NCBI GenBank assembly: GCA_034437655.1
Contig: DAOTTU010000044.1
Span: 132,093 to 196,092, forward strand
Reading direction: 5' to 3'
Source: Anaerolineae bacterium
GTDB lineage: Bacteria > Chloroflexota > Anaerolineae > Aggregatilineales > J027
DNA length: 64,000 nucleotides
Position numbers and translations under genes: made by a program. The notes beneath the pieces are model-generated. The model made no database searches and had not been told where the DNA came from. It worked only from the letters and a program-made list of their open reading frames with translations. Shown here piece by piece: positions 44,769 to 53,650 of this stretch. Positions within the stretch are counted from its first letter, which is position 1, and the number at the start of each line of letters is the position of its first letter.

Positions 44769-45716
44769 ATGAGCGATAGATCGCAAAAGCATGAAATTAT
44801 CGTTGAAGATGTCAAGAAATCTTATGGCGATGTCCAGGCGCTAAAAGGCGTTAGTGTGACTGCTCGGCCCGGGCAAATTCTTGGCTTGCTGGGGCCCAAC
44901 GGGGCAGGCAAGACCACGCTGGTACGTATCCTGACCACATTGCTACAGCCAGATAGCGGCCATGCGGAAGTTGCGGGGATTGATGTTTTCAAAGACCCGG
45001 GTGGTGTGCGCAGTGTCATTGGGTTAGCCGGACAGTATCCCGCCGTTGATGAACTGCTAACCGGGCGTGAGAATCTGGTCATGGTCGGCGAACTCTACCA
45101 GATGCGCCGCCGCGAAGCCAAAAACCGCGCCAATGAGCTACTGAAACAGTTCACGCTTGAAGACGCCGCCGACCGTACCATCAAAACTTATTCAGGTGGT
45201 ATGCGTCGTCGCCTTGACCTTGCTGCCAGTATCGTTGCCCGGCCACGTGTGTTGATCCTCGACGAGCCGACAACTGGGCTGGACCCACGCACCCGCCGCG
45301 ACATGTGGAGCGTCATTCGCGAACTCGTTTCCGATGGTACAACGCTCTTATTGACCACCCAGTACCTCGAAGAAGCCGACGTGCTGGCCGAAGACATTGT
45401 TGTTTTTGACAAAGGGGAAGTCATTGCTGAAGGTACACCTGACGAGCTGAAATCGAAGCTGGGCGCGGATATTCTGCAAATCCGCGTTGATAACGACGGC
45501 GACATCGCGCGTGTGAAGTCAATGCTGGCTTTTGTCAGTGATGAGGAACCGCAAGTCGATGAAGACAGTGGTTGGGTGCGTATCTCAGTGGATGAAGGCA
45601 CCAACAGCTTGATAAAAGCCGTGCGCAAGCTGGATGAAGAAAATATCAGTGTTGCCGACATCAGCATTCGCCGCCCCACACTCGACGAAGTATTCCTTGC
45701 TATCACTGCTGTGTAA
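44769..45716 (+). CDS. ABC transporter ATP-binding protein (DrrA/ABC-2 subfamily)
   Basis: GLLGPNGAGKTT (Walker A), YSGGMRRRLDLA (signature), VLILDEPTTGLD (Walker B). Confidence 0.9.
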   Translation: MSDRSQKHEIIVEDVKKSYGDVQALKGVSVTARPGQILGLLGPNGAGKTTLVRILTTLLQPDSGHAEVAGIDVFKDPGGVRSVIGLAGQYPAVDELLTGRENLVMVGELYQMRRREAKNRANELLKQFTLEDAADRTIKTYSGGMRRRLDLAASIVARPRVLILDEPTTGLDPRTRRDMWSVIRELVSDGTTLLLTTQYLEEADVLAEDIVVFDKGEVIAEGTPDELKSKLGADILQIRVDNDGDIARVKSMLAFVSDEEPQVDEDSGWVRISVDEGTNSLIKAVRKLDEENISVADISIRRPTLDEVFLAITAV

Positions 45717-45768
45717 ACCACCCGTATTGCTAATCTACGAAATGTAATGTTTAAAGGAGAGCAACACC

Positions 45769-46620
45769 ATGGCCGAGACTGCTATTTCACAACCACGGAC
45801 TACCACATCAAACGCGCCCAGTAGTCCATTCGAGGCGTTCATGAAAAACCTGCATGACGTTGGTGTCATGACCCGCCGCAACTTGTTGTACTATCTGCGT
45901 GTGCCGCAACTACTCGTCTTTTCATCCATCCAACCTGTCATGTTCCTGCTGCTGTTCACGTATGTCTTTGGTGGCTCGATTGAGAACACGCCGCTGCTGA
46001 TGAATACCGGTATCGACTACATTAACTACCTACTGCCCGGCATTCTGGTGCAGACGGTGCTTTTTGGTGGGCAGGCAACGGCTGTCGGGCTTTCGGAAGA
46101 CCTTAGCAAAGGCCTGATTGACCGTTTCCGCTCGTTACCGATGGCGCGGTCGGCCGTGTTAGCGGGACGTACCGTTGCTGACACTATCCGCCATGCACTG
46201 GTGATGACATTGATGATTGTTGTTGGTTTCTTCATTGGCTTCGAGTTCGCCAACGGGATTGTCCCGACGACGCTGGCTTTACTGCTGATTCTGGCTTTTG
46301 GGCACGCGGGTTCATGGATTTTTGCTTACATCGGGATGCTGGTCAAAGACCCGGAAACCGCGCAAGTTGCTGGCTTCGTCTGGATTTTCCCGCTGGTGTT
46401 TGCCAGTTCAATTTTTGTGCCAACCGATACCATGCCCGAACTGCTGCGCATCTTTGCCGAAAACCAACCCGTGTCGGTGATTACCATCGCCGCCCGTGAA
46501 CTGATGACTTTCGATGGCGATATTAGTTCTACTTTCTTCGAAGCAGTAGCATGGGTACTGGCTATCTGGGGCGTGTTTGCCGCACTGGCCATCCGTCAAT
46601 ATCGTCGTAGTGCCAACTAG
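45769..46620 (+). CDS. ABC-2 type transporter permease (DrrB-like)
   Basis: Six predicted TM helices, an ABC-2 family pattern, and position directly downstream of the ATPase. Confidence 0.8.
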   Translation: MAETAISQPRTTTSNAPSSPFEAFMKNLHDVGVMTRRNLLYYLRVPQLLVFSSIQPVMFLLLFTYVFGGSIENTPLLMNTGIDYINYLLPGILVQTVLFGGQATAVGLSEDLSKGLIDRFRSLPMARSAVLAGRTVADTIRHALVMTLMIVVGFFIGFEFANGIVPTTLALLLILAFGHAGSWIFAYIGMLVKDPETAQVAGFVWIFPLVFASSIFVPTDTMPELLRIFAENQPVSVITIAARELMTFDGDISSTFFEAVAWVLAIWGVFAALAIRQYRRSAN

Positions 46621-46655
46621 AACCAGATTCAATTAGACCGAGGAGAGATTTCAGG

Positions 46656-47099
46656 ATGTCTACACAATCTTCTACACTTCCACCGTCGGGCTCAATCACA
46701 TTGTCGCGGTTGGGCATAGCAACTATCGGTACGGCCGTTGTGGCCGCCATCTTGAATGCCATCATTTTCTTTATTGCTGATGCTGCTAGCGTGTGGGATG
46801 GCATTATTATCATGGAAGATACTGAGCAAGAAATGAACGTTGCTGCTATCGCGTCTTTAACAATTTTTGGGGTGCTGGGTGGTGGCATAGCATTATTTAC
46901 CCTGACCCGCATCTCTGCTGAAAATGGCGTGCAATGGTGGCGTTACCTGGCGATTGCGGTGCTTGTGCTTAGCTTTGGATCACCATTGACCGTTGCAGAT
47001 GCAGATGTGCCGTTTATCCTGACGTTGGAACTGACGCATATTGTCGCCGGGGTGCTGACCATCTGGGCGTTGCCAAAATTTAGCGCTGCTACTGAATAA
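46656..47099 (+). CDS. hypothetical 4-TM membrane protein
   Basis: GAGGAG RBS upstream and four hydrophobic helices. Possibly a DUF6069-like protein, but this is not certain. Confidence 0.55.
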   Translation: MSTQSSTLPPSGSITLSRLGIATIGTAVVAAILNAIIFFIADAASVWDGIIIMEDTEQEMNVAAIASLTIFGVLGGGIALFTLTRISAENGVQWWRYLAIAVLVLSFGSPLTVADADVPFILTLELTHIVAGVLTIWALPKFSAATE

Positions 47100-47164
47100 C
47101 GATTATCCCGCAACACAATACAGGATGCTATAATGCGAGGGAGATTGCTGTTTGGCAGTCTCCT

Positions 47165-47761
47165 TTGTTGAATCTCAGTGAGTTTTATAGGACTGTACTT
47201 TTGGAACATACGCCGCTTCGCCCGGTTCCCTGGTGGGTGTTGCTGCTCGTTGGGGCACTCACACTGGCGCTTGACCAGCTCACCAAGCAAATTGTTCTAA
47301 GTAATCTGGCATTTCGTGAGACATGGGTGCCAATTGCCGCGCTGGATGGCATTTTCGACTTTACCTACACGCGCAACACTGGAGCCGCATTTGGTATTGC
47401 TCAGGGATTCGGCAACGTATTTTTGATCATCGCTGTGATCGTGACGGGCATCATTATCTATTACTACCGTGACCTGCCTGATAAGGCGTGGCCCGTACGT
47501 GTAGCAATGGGGTTGATGCTCGGCGGAGCGCTCGGCAATGCCGTTGATCGCCTGCGTCTTGGTTATGTGGTGGACTTTTTTCATGTGCATGGCTTCCCGA
47601 TTTTCAACGTGGCCGACAGTGCGATTACCGTCGGGGTTACGTTATGGCTGATTACGGCCTGGTGGGTCGAAAGCCGTACGACCGACCAAACCGCAGAACC
47701 TGCCCCCGAAATTGTCAGCGATTCTACAGTACATCAACCATCCCAACGCGATGACGCTTAG
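47165..47761 (+). CDS. lspA: lipoprotein signal peptidase (signal peptidase II)
   Basis: DQLTKQIV, FDFTYTRNTGAAFG, GGALGNAVDRLRLGYVVDFF and FPIFNVADSAITVG are LspA motifs with both catalytic Asp residues. The start (TTG 47165) is uncertain because no ATG lies upstream of the first TM helix. Confidence 0.85.
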   Translation: MLNLSEFYRTVLLEHTPLRPVPWWVLLLVGALTLALDQLTKQIVLSNLAFRETWVPIAALDGIFDFTYTRNTGAAFGIAQGFGNVFLIIAVIVTGIIIYYYRDLPDKAWPVRVAMGLMLGGALGNAVDRLRLGYVVDFFHVHGFPIFNVADSAITVGVTLWLITAWWVESRTTDQTAEPAPEIVSDSTVHQPSQRDDA

Positions 47762-49131
47762 TTGAAAGACTTGTAGACATTGGCTCGGTCGAGTTCCGTC
47801 TTGGCTTCCAGTGGCAAGTCTACGTAAAAGATGCTGCCGGGTAAATTTTCGGCATCATGGCCCTGGCTTTCAACAAGAATGTGTCCACCATGGGCTTCAA
47901 TAACGGCCTTACAAATGGCAAGCCCTAGCCCCAGCCCACCACCGCGGAAGTCGGTTTTGCTTGTGGAATGCAACATGACATCTTCAGCCGAATAGAACCG
48001 TTCAAAAATACGCTGCTGCTCAATCGGGTCAATACCGATACCCGTATCCTGGACTGTAAATCGGATGTGGCGTTCATCAGGACTCTGTCCGTAGCCAATG
48101 GTTACCTGACCACCGTCGGGTGTGTATTTCACCGCATTGCCGACAAGGTTAATAAAGGCTAGCCGCAGGAGGTCAACGTCACCGACGAGTTGTGGCACCG
48201 TTTGTTTTTCCTGTGGACGATAAATGTTGATGGTAATGTTGCGTTGTTCAGCGACATCTTGAAAGGGGCGCAACGCACTGTCAATGAGCGATTCTATCGG
48301 CAATGGCAACATCGCCACCTCAACTTTCCCGGTCGCCAGCCGTGAGATCATCACAATCTCGTCAATAACCTTGCGCATCCGCTGAAAACCTTCAGTAACG
48401 GCTGTAAGGTAGTAAGCAATGTCTTCGTGGTTGTCACGTAAACCTCGCACTTGTGGCGAAATTTCCAGGACATTGAAGTAACCCATCACCACCGTGAGCG
48501 GGGTACGTACTTCATGCGCAACACGTTGAATGAAGTCGTCTTTGGCGTGGTCCAGTCGGCGGAGTTCGTTGTTTGTGCGTTCAGCATCGCGCAAACTACC
48601 GACGAGCTGTTCAACGAGGTCACGATTGTTGTGGCGTAGTTCTTCGTTAGTCGCCTCTAACTCGCGGATTTTATTCAGCAGATGGCCGACGGTCTCGCGG
48701 TCAACATAGGGTTTTTCGGTATCAATCTGTATATCAACCAGAAGGTCATCAGCTTCACCAAGATATTGCTCAATTTTGGTGTAGAGTTGCTCAACATTAA
48801 TTGGCTTGGTCAGATAGCTCGAAATTTCAGCAATACGCGCCATACCGAGATATTCATCACTGTCTTGCGAAGAGATTGCAATGATCGGGGTTCGGCGAAA
48901 GTCTCCTAATTCGCGTAAACGCATCGTGACCTCAAACCCACTAATGTCTGGTAAATCTAAATCAACGAGAATAAGATGCGGTTTGTGCGCAATTGCTTCA
49001 CGTATGCCATCCATTCCTGAGTGTGCAAGCACAACTTGATAGCCATGCGCCAACAAAATACGTTCAATCAGTGCGGCACTGTCTGGTTGATCTTCAATAT
49101 ATAGGACAATAGGCTTTTGAGATTCTGACAT
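47758..49131 (-). CDS. hybrid response-regulator receiver / histidine kinase
   Basis: N-terminal REC domain (IVLYIEDQPD...LILVDLDLPDISG...KP). A coiled-coil linker follows, then the HisKA H-box FIQRVAHEVRTPLT and the HATPase N/G boxes (NAVKYTP, DTGIGI, GGGLGLGLAI). Confidence 0.85.
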   Translation of the reverse strand: MSESQKPIVLYIEDQPDSAALIERILLAHGYQVVLAHSGMDGIREAIAHKPHLILVDLDLPDISGFEVTMRLRELGDFRRTPIIAISSQDSDEYLGMARIAEISSYLTKPINVEQLYTKIEQYLGEADDLLVDIQIDTEKPYVDRETVGHLLNKIRELEATNEELRHNNRDLVEQLVGSLRDAERTNNELRRLDHAKDDFIQRVAHEVRTPLTVVMGYFNVLEISPQVRGLRDNHEDIAYYLTAVTEGFQRMRKVIDEIVMISRLATGKVEVAMLPLPIESLIDSALRPFQDVAEQRNITINIYRPQEKQTVPQLVGDVDLLRLAFINLVGNAVKYTPDGGQVTIGYGQSPDERHIRFTVQDTGIGIDPIEQQRIFERFYSAEDVMLHSTSKTDFRGGGLGLGLAICKAVIEAHGGHILVESQGHDAENLPGSIFYVDLPLEAKTELDRANVYKSFN

Positions 49132-50728
49132 GGAAAAGACTACTCCAAAGATTGATCACGCTAACATTACTATAACCAAGTCTGTAGTCTCTGACGAACC
49201 TGAAAAAAAACTGGCCCAACTACCCCGGCGTTGGTTTATTGCTTTTCGCTTGCTATTCGTTTTTGTGGCTTTGTCGCTGATGGTGGGCGATGGCCGAGAT
49301 GAGTCGCGGCGAGGTCGCATCTGGGCACAGGTGGCGGGCTATGAGTTTAACTATATTGCCTGGGAACTGGATGCGTTGTTACACAAAGCCAGACAGGCCT
49401 TCTTCGGCTTTGACACCTACGCCTCTGAAATAGATGAGAAAACACTGGTGATTGACTATCTGGTACTCACCGGGGAAGCCTTTGCGCTTGAAAACCAGCT
49501 AGAGACACTTCATGCATCTAATTCCGCTGCTGAAGAAACGAGTGAAACTCTCCAGACTTTGCAGCGCAATCTGAATGCGATCAACGCTGAACGCCGACGC
49601 TTGCAGCCATTGGTTGAGCCGATCATTGAACGCCATGTAGCCACTGTGCTACGCGAGGAAGGCTTCGGCACGCTTGGGCAGATTTTACCACCCGTGTCAT
49701 TTCGCTTTGTCGAAACGCCGGATGTGTTGATTGTCTCGCCACGTGATGTGATTCGGCAGGACTTCGCCATTTCCCTGCGTGGGCTCAGCATTGAGGAGCG
49801 CGAACAACTTGAACAAAGCGTTGAAGCTGCCTCTCCCGGCGATGCTGCCTATATAACTGGTGTCGGCGGCGTTGGTATCTGGCCAGCAATGGTCATCGAA
49901 ACACGCTGGGCTGCCATTGCCTATGAGATTGTCGCGCATGAATGGTCACACCATTATCTATTTGCGTTTCCATCGGGGCAGCAGTATCTCGTACGCCCTG
50001 AAACACGCTTTATCAACGAAACAGTGGCGACAGTGTTTGGTAACGCAATGGCACTCAAAATCCTCGAACACTTCTATGCAGATGAAGTCGCAGCAGGGCG
50101 CATCTGGGTACCAGATTATCCGACCTTGCAAGACTTTCTGCCCAATAACGGCCGTCAGTGGACTCAGCCTGATACACCGCTGGGGGTTCGAACATCCAGT
50201 GCGACATTCTTAACGCAAATTGGTCGCGATGATGCGGCACAAACGGTGCTGGACACCATCCAGCGGACTGATCCACAAGCCTATCAGGACATGCTCAATA
50301 ACCCGGACTTATTGACCTTCTCCCGTCAGGCCGATGGCGTCGAAATTAACCGCACTCGCATTACTGCCGATTACCTGCTGCGCCTGGGACGCATTGATGC
50401 GGCGGATGCGTTGATGGAAAGTCGCCGTCAGTGGCTCGGAATGCGGGTTCTTAACCAGGCATGGTTTGCCTTCAATGGTGGGTATCAAGCTGCACCGACG
50501 TCAGGAGCCGGGGTGGTTGTCGAGCAGGTGGTTGTGGATGTGATTGATCCGGCTTATCTCGGTGATCCTATCGGTCCGGCAGTGCATGAAATTGCAGCCC
50601 TTGCGCCAAATTTGGAGGCGTTTCTGGTAGCGGTGCGCAACGTGACGACCCGCGATGAGTTGTTGCAGGCGCTGGTTGATGCACGTCAACGGTGGGGTGA
50701 AGTTGAACTGATTCAAGCGGAGCAGTGA
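49130..50728 (+). CDS. TM-anchored hypothetical protein with HExxH motif (putative metallopeptidase-like)
   Basis: One TM helix (WFIAFRLLFVFVALSLMV) and an IVAHEWSHHY motif (HExxH). No further family assignment. The ATG shares 2 nt with the start codon of the divergent gene. Confidence 0.6.
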   Translation: MEKTTPKIDHANITITKSVVSDEPEKKLAQLPRRWFIAFRLLFVFVALSLMVGDGRDESRRGRIWAQVAGYEFNYIAWELDALLHKARQAFFGFDTYASEIDEKTLVIDYLVLTGEAFALENQLETLHASNSAAEETSETLQTLQRNLNAINAERRRLQPLVEPIIERHVATVLREEGFGTLGQILPPVSFRFVETPDVLIVSPRDVIRQDFAISLRGLSIEEREQLEQSVEAASPGDAAYITGVGGVGIWPAMVIETRWAAIAYEIVAHEWSHHYLFAFPSGQQYLVRPETRFINETVATVFGNAMALKILEHFYADEVAAGRIWVPDYPTLQDFLPNNGRQWTQPDTPLGVRTSSATFLTQIGRDDAAQTVLDTIQRTDPQAYQDMLNNPDLLTFSRQADGVEINRTRITADYLLRLGRIDAADALMESRRQWLGMRVLNQAWFAFNGGYQAAPTSGAGVVVEQVVVDVIDPAYLGDPIGPAVHEIAALAPNLEAFLVAVRNVTTRDELLQALVDARQRWGEVELIQAEQ

Positions 50729-50734
50729 TCTCGT

Positions 50735-51148
50735 CTACATGGCGCCAAGCTGCTGCATCAATGTCATGGTGTCCGACAACCGCCAGATTTCGACTATTTT
50801 GCCATCCTGAATGCGGTTAATTTCCAGACCGCCGAACTGTACCTGCTTCCCTGTTGCCTCCATATCCATAAAAGGAGCCTGATGCGTGGCCCTGATCGTC
50901 CAGTACGCCGCGACTTCATCCCCTTCAGCGACGAGGCGCTCGACGGTCAGCACGGTATCAGGAAAGGCAGCGACCCAACTTGCGCACGACTGCGGCTCGA
51001 ATTCTTGGCTCTGCAACTGATTCGTAGCGCTGATATGGGTTATAGCGTCGTCAGCAAGCAGTCTCTTGAGTGTATCGGTATCGCCGCGTTGCCAGGCATC
51101 CAGAAATTGATGGACAGTTGCTTTATTGGCTTCAGTGTTCATGTACAC
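50735..51148 (-). CDS. SnoaL-like / ester cyclase (NTF2-fold) protein
   Basis: 137 aa. The pattern NKATVHQFLDAWQRGD...V..G.D.VA..W....TH.G.F.G...TGK......G..I.R...GKIVE is typical of ester cyclases. Confidence 0.7.
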   Translation of the reverse strand: MYMNTEANKATVHQFLDAWQRGDTDTLKRLLADDAITHISATNQLQSQEFEPQSCASWVAAFPDTVLTVERLVAEGDEVAAYWTIRATHQAPFMDMEATGKQVQFGGLEINRIQDGKIVEIWRLSDTMTLMQQLGAM

Positions 51149-51217
51149 ATCTTTCGCTCTGTATAGAAATTTTGTTCTGTATTCTATCTGAATTGTACAT
51201 GATACGAGAGGGGCGTG

Positions 51218-52381
51218 CTAGCCTTGTTCTGACATTTGCCAATCACGCAACAAGGCGGCAATCAAGGCAGCGCGGCGCGGCATACTGCGCAGCAACACTT
51301 GTTCGTGCAAGGCATGCATCCCCTGTCCTTCGGGGCCAAGTCCATCTAAGGTGGGCACCCCCAGACTCGCTGTGAAATTGCCATCTGACACACCACCAGA
51401 AAACGTCTCGCTCATCGGTAACCCGAGCGCATCTGCGATTTGTTTGGCCTGTTTATAGGTGGCAATCATGGTGGCATTGCGTTCTAGCGGCGGGCGATCA
51501 ATATTCCCCGAGACATTGAGTTTCGCGCCAAGCACGGCCGGTTCCAGTGCTTTAATCGCCTGATCAATGCGTTCACCTTCTTCAGCATGGCTAAAGCGCA
51601 CATCTACGAACAATTCCGCTTCAGGGGGCACCACATTGGTGGAAATACCGCCAGAACTTTGCGTCACGGTGACAGACGTTCCATTAGGCAGATCATTCAA
51701 CTCGTTCAGCCGCAATGCCTGATGCGCGCTGTCAATAACGGCATTCACGCCAGATTCGGGTGCATTCCCGGCATGAGAAGCAACACCTTCGGAGCGAACG
51801 AGATAGCGTGCAAAGCCCTTGCGCATGGTTTTGATCGCTTCATATTCACCAGCGGGTTCGGGCACCATCACCAGGCCGACCTGTCTGGCAAGTTCTTGAA
51901 TCAAGTCGCGGCTGTGTACGCTGGCACGTTCCTCGTCGGTGGTCAACAGTAACCAGATGGGTCGATCTGGCATTTCGTCGCGTTCTTGCAAGGCACGTAC
52001 AGCCTCAATTGCCAGCATCACCCCGGCTTTCATGTCCAGTGCGCCGGGACCATGAAAATGCGACTCTGTAATTTTGATGGGGATACTTTCTGCAAGGGTT
52101 CCTTCTGGCCAAACAGTATCCAGATGCCCGACCATCATAATCGGCGGTGCATCGCTACTGGCATTCCACTTTGCGAGCCGGATGTCACCGACTGCTTCAC
52201 GCGGGAACACATCAATTTCAGCATGCATAGTGTCAAGAACGCTGTGCAAGTGTTGCCCGAGCTTATCAACCAGCGTTTTGTCCCGGGTAGGGGTTTCATA
52301 TTCCACTAAGACCTTGAGTTTTTCAATCAGGTCGGTGGAACGGTCTTTGAAATACGGTAAAAGGTCTTTGGTGGTGTGCAT
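51218..52381 (-). CDS. M20-family metallopeptidase (carboxypeptidase G2-like)
   Basis: MMVGHLDTVWPEG, GPGALDMKAG and TTDEERAS (DEE metal ligands). Start set at the first ATG (52381). The track start 52399 is a TTG. Confidence 0.8.
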   Translation of the reverse strand: MHTTKDLLPYFKDRSTDLIEKLKVLVEYETPTRDKTLVDKLGQHLHSVLDTMHAEIDVFPREAVGDIRLAKWNASSDAPPIMMVGHLDTVWPEGTLAESIPIKITESHFHGPGALDMKAGVMLAIEAVRALQERDEMPDRPIWLLLTTDEERASVHSRDLIQELARQVGLVMVPEPAGEYEAIKTMRKGFARYLVRSEGVASHAGNAPESGVNAVIDSAHQALRLNELNDLPNGTSVTVTQSSGGISTNVVPPEAELFVDVRFSHAEEGERIDQAIKALEPAVLGAKLNVSGNIDRPPLERNATMIATYKQAKQIADALGLPMSETFSGGVSDGNFTASLGVPTLDGLGPEGQGMHALHEQVLLRSMPRRAALIAALLRDWQMSEQG

Positions 52382-52425
52382 ATTAAATCTGATTACCAAT
52401 ACGATTATCTGACAGTCGCTATATC

Positions 52426-53136
52426 TTACTCGTTTTGTGCCTCATCATCAGGTGCATTGTCTGGGAGGGTCGTATCATCCTCGGTTACACCGTTGTTGGT
52501 GTCATCAGTGGGTGCAGGTGTCCGCTCGGGCTCAGTGTCGTCGGATGGTAACTCAACGGAGAGCGGCGGCGAAATTTGCTCAATGCGCTCAATACACCCG
52601 AGGAAGAAAATAATGCTCTCACCATCCGGGTCAAGGAAAAAGGTGGCTTCATAATCCAGTTCCTCACCCTGATACAGCATCACGCCTTCGAAGCCGACGG
52701 TATTGGTGGTTTCGCCTTCAAAGATCATGGTATTCTGGTCAAGTTCGAACATTACTTCGCCCGGGTAGCGTTCCTGAAAACGTTGTGTGAACGCTTCTGC
52801 CTGCGAACCCTGGCAAACAACGTTGAAGTCAGCGGCGTCGTCAAGGTCCAGTGGGCTTTCACCAGAAGCCATCTGAATCCACATTAAGGCGGGGATAGCT
52901 TCGCGGCTGGTGTACATAATACCAAACAAGCATCCACATACAATAATGATCGCCGTGGTGACGCACCCACAGCCGAGGAAAAGCGTACGACGGGTATTGT
53001 TGCGCTTCTGTGGAATTTCTTGCGGCATCTGGTTGCCAAGCCCAAAGTCATACTGGTCTGGCGAACCCTGCGCAAAGTTATAGTTGCCCTGATCATATGA
53101 CGATTGTTGGCGCGGTTGTTCTGGAAATTGGCTCAT
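52426..53136 (-). CDS. hypothetical TM-anchored protein, paralog of 53144-53602
   Basis: Start moved to ATG 53136 to avoid a 50-nt overlap. One TM helix is followed by an extracytoplasmic domain ending in FFLGCIERIEQISPP and an acidic tail. Confidence 0.6.
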   Translation of the reverse strand: MSQFPEQPRQQSSYDQGNYNFAQGSPDQYDFGLGNQMPQEIPQKRNNTRRTLFLGCGCVTTAIIIVCGCLFGIMYTSREAIPALMWIQMASGESPLDLDDAADFNVVCQGSQAEAFTQRFQERYPGEVMFELDQNTMIFEGETTNTVGFEGVMLYQGEELDYEATFFLDPDGESIIFFLGCIERIEQISPPLSVELPSDDTEPERTPAPTDDTNNGVTEDDTTLPDNAPDDEAQNE

Positions 53137-53143
53137 GGTTGGA

Positions 53144-53602
53144 TTATCTACCCCAGAATTGTTGTGGAATCGTGTCTGGTTGAATTTGCTCAATGCGGTC
53201 GATACAGCCGAGTAAGCCTAGAAACCCGTTTCCGTCACCATCTCCGAGATGAAAGACGGCTTCAAAATCTTGTGTGTCATCTTCAAAAACAATATCGCCT
53301 ACAAAACGAACGTGGTCGTCTTCTTGTTCAAACTCTGACAAATTGATGTCAATGCGTGCGCCTGTACCATAACGATTGTTAAACGCAACGTTGAAGCGCC
53401 GCGCCTGGGCAGCGTCTTCGCACAGCATTTCGTTCAAGTCAGCAGACGTGCTGTTAGCGTCTTGAATCCAGGCATACGCCGTCATGGCGTTGCGATACTG
53501 TGAGGCGACAAAAAAGAGCCCGGCGACACACAACAGTACAAATCCAATAACACCACCGACAACTAACCAGTTGCGATTTTGTTTATTTTGCGTCTCAGCC
53601 AT
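53144..53602 (-). CDS. hypothetical TM-anchored protein, paralog of 52426-53136
   Basis: One TM helix (WLVVGGVIGFVLLCVAGLFFV). Blocks shared with the neighbour are A..WIQ, C......A..F...F..RY and LGCIDRIEQIQP. Confidence 0.6.
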   Translation of the reverse strand: MAETQNKQNRNWLVVGGVIGFVLLCVAGLFFVASQYRNAMTAYAWIQDANSTSADLNEMLCEDAAQARRFNVAFNNRYGTGARIDINLSEFEQEDDHVRFVGDIVFEDDTQDFEAVFHLGDGDGNGFLGLLGCIDRIEQIQPDTIPQQFWGR

Positions 53603-53650
53603 TGATCACCGTTCCGACTTCGTAAGGCTAAACATCTATTACATCATTCC

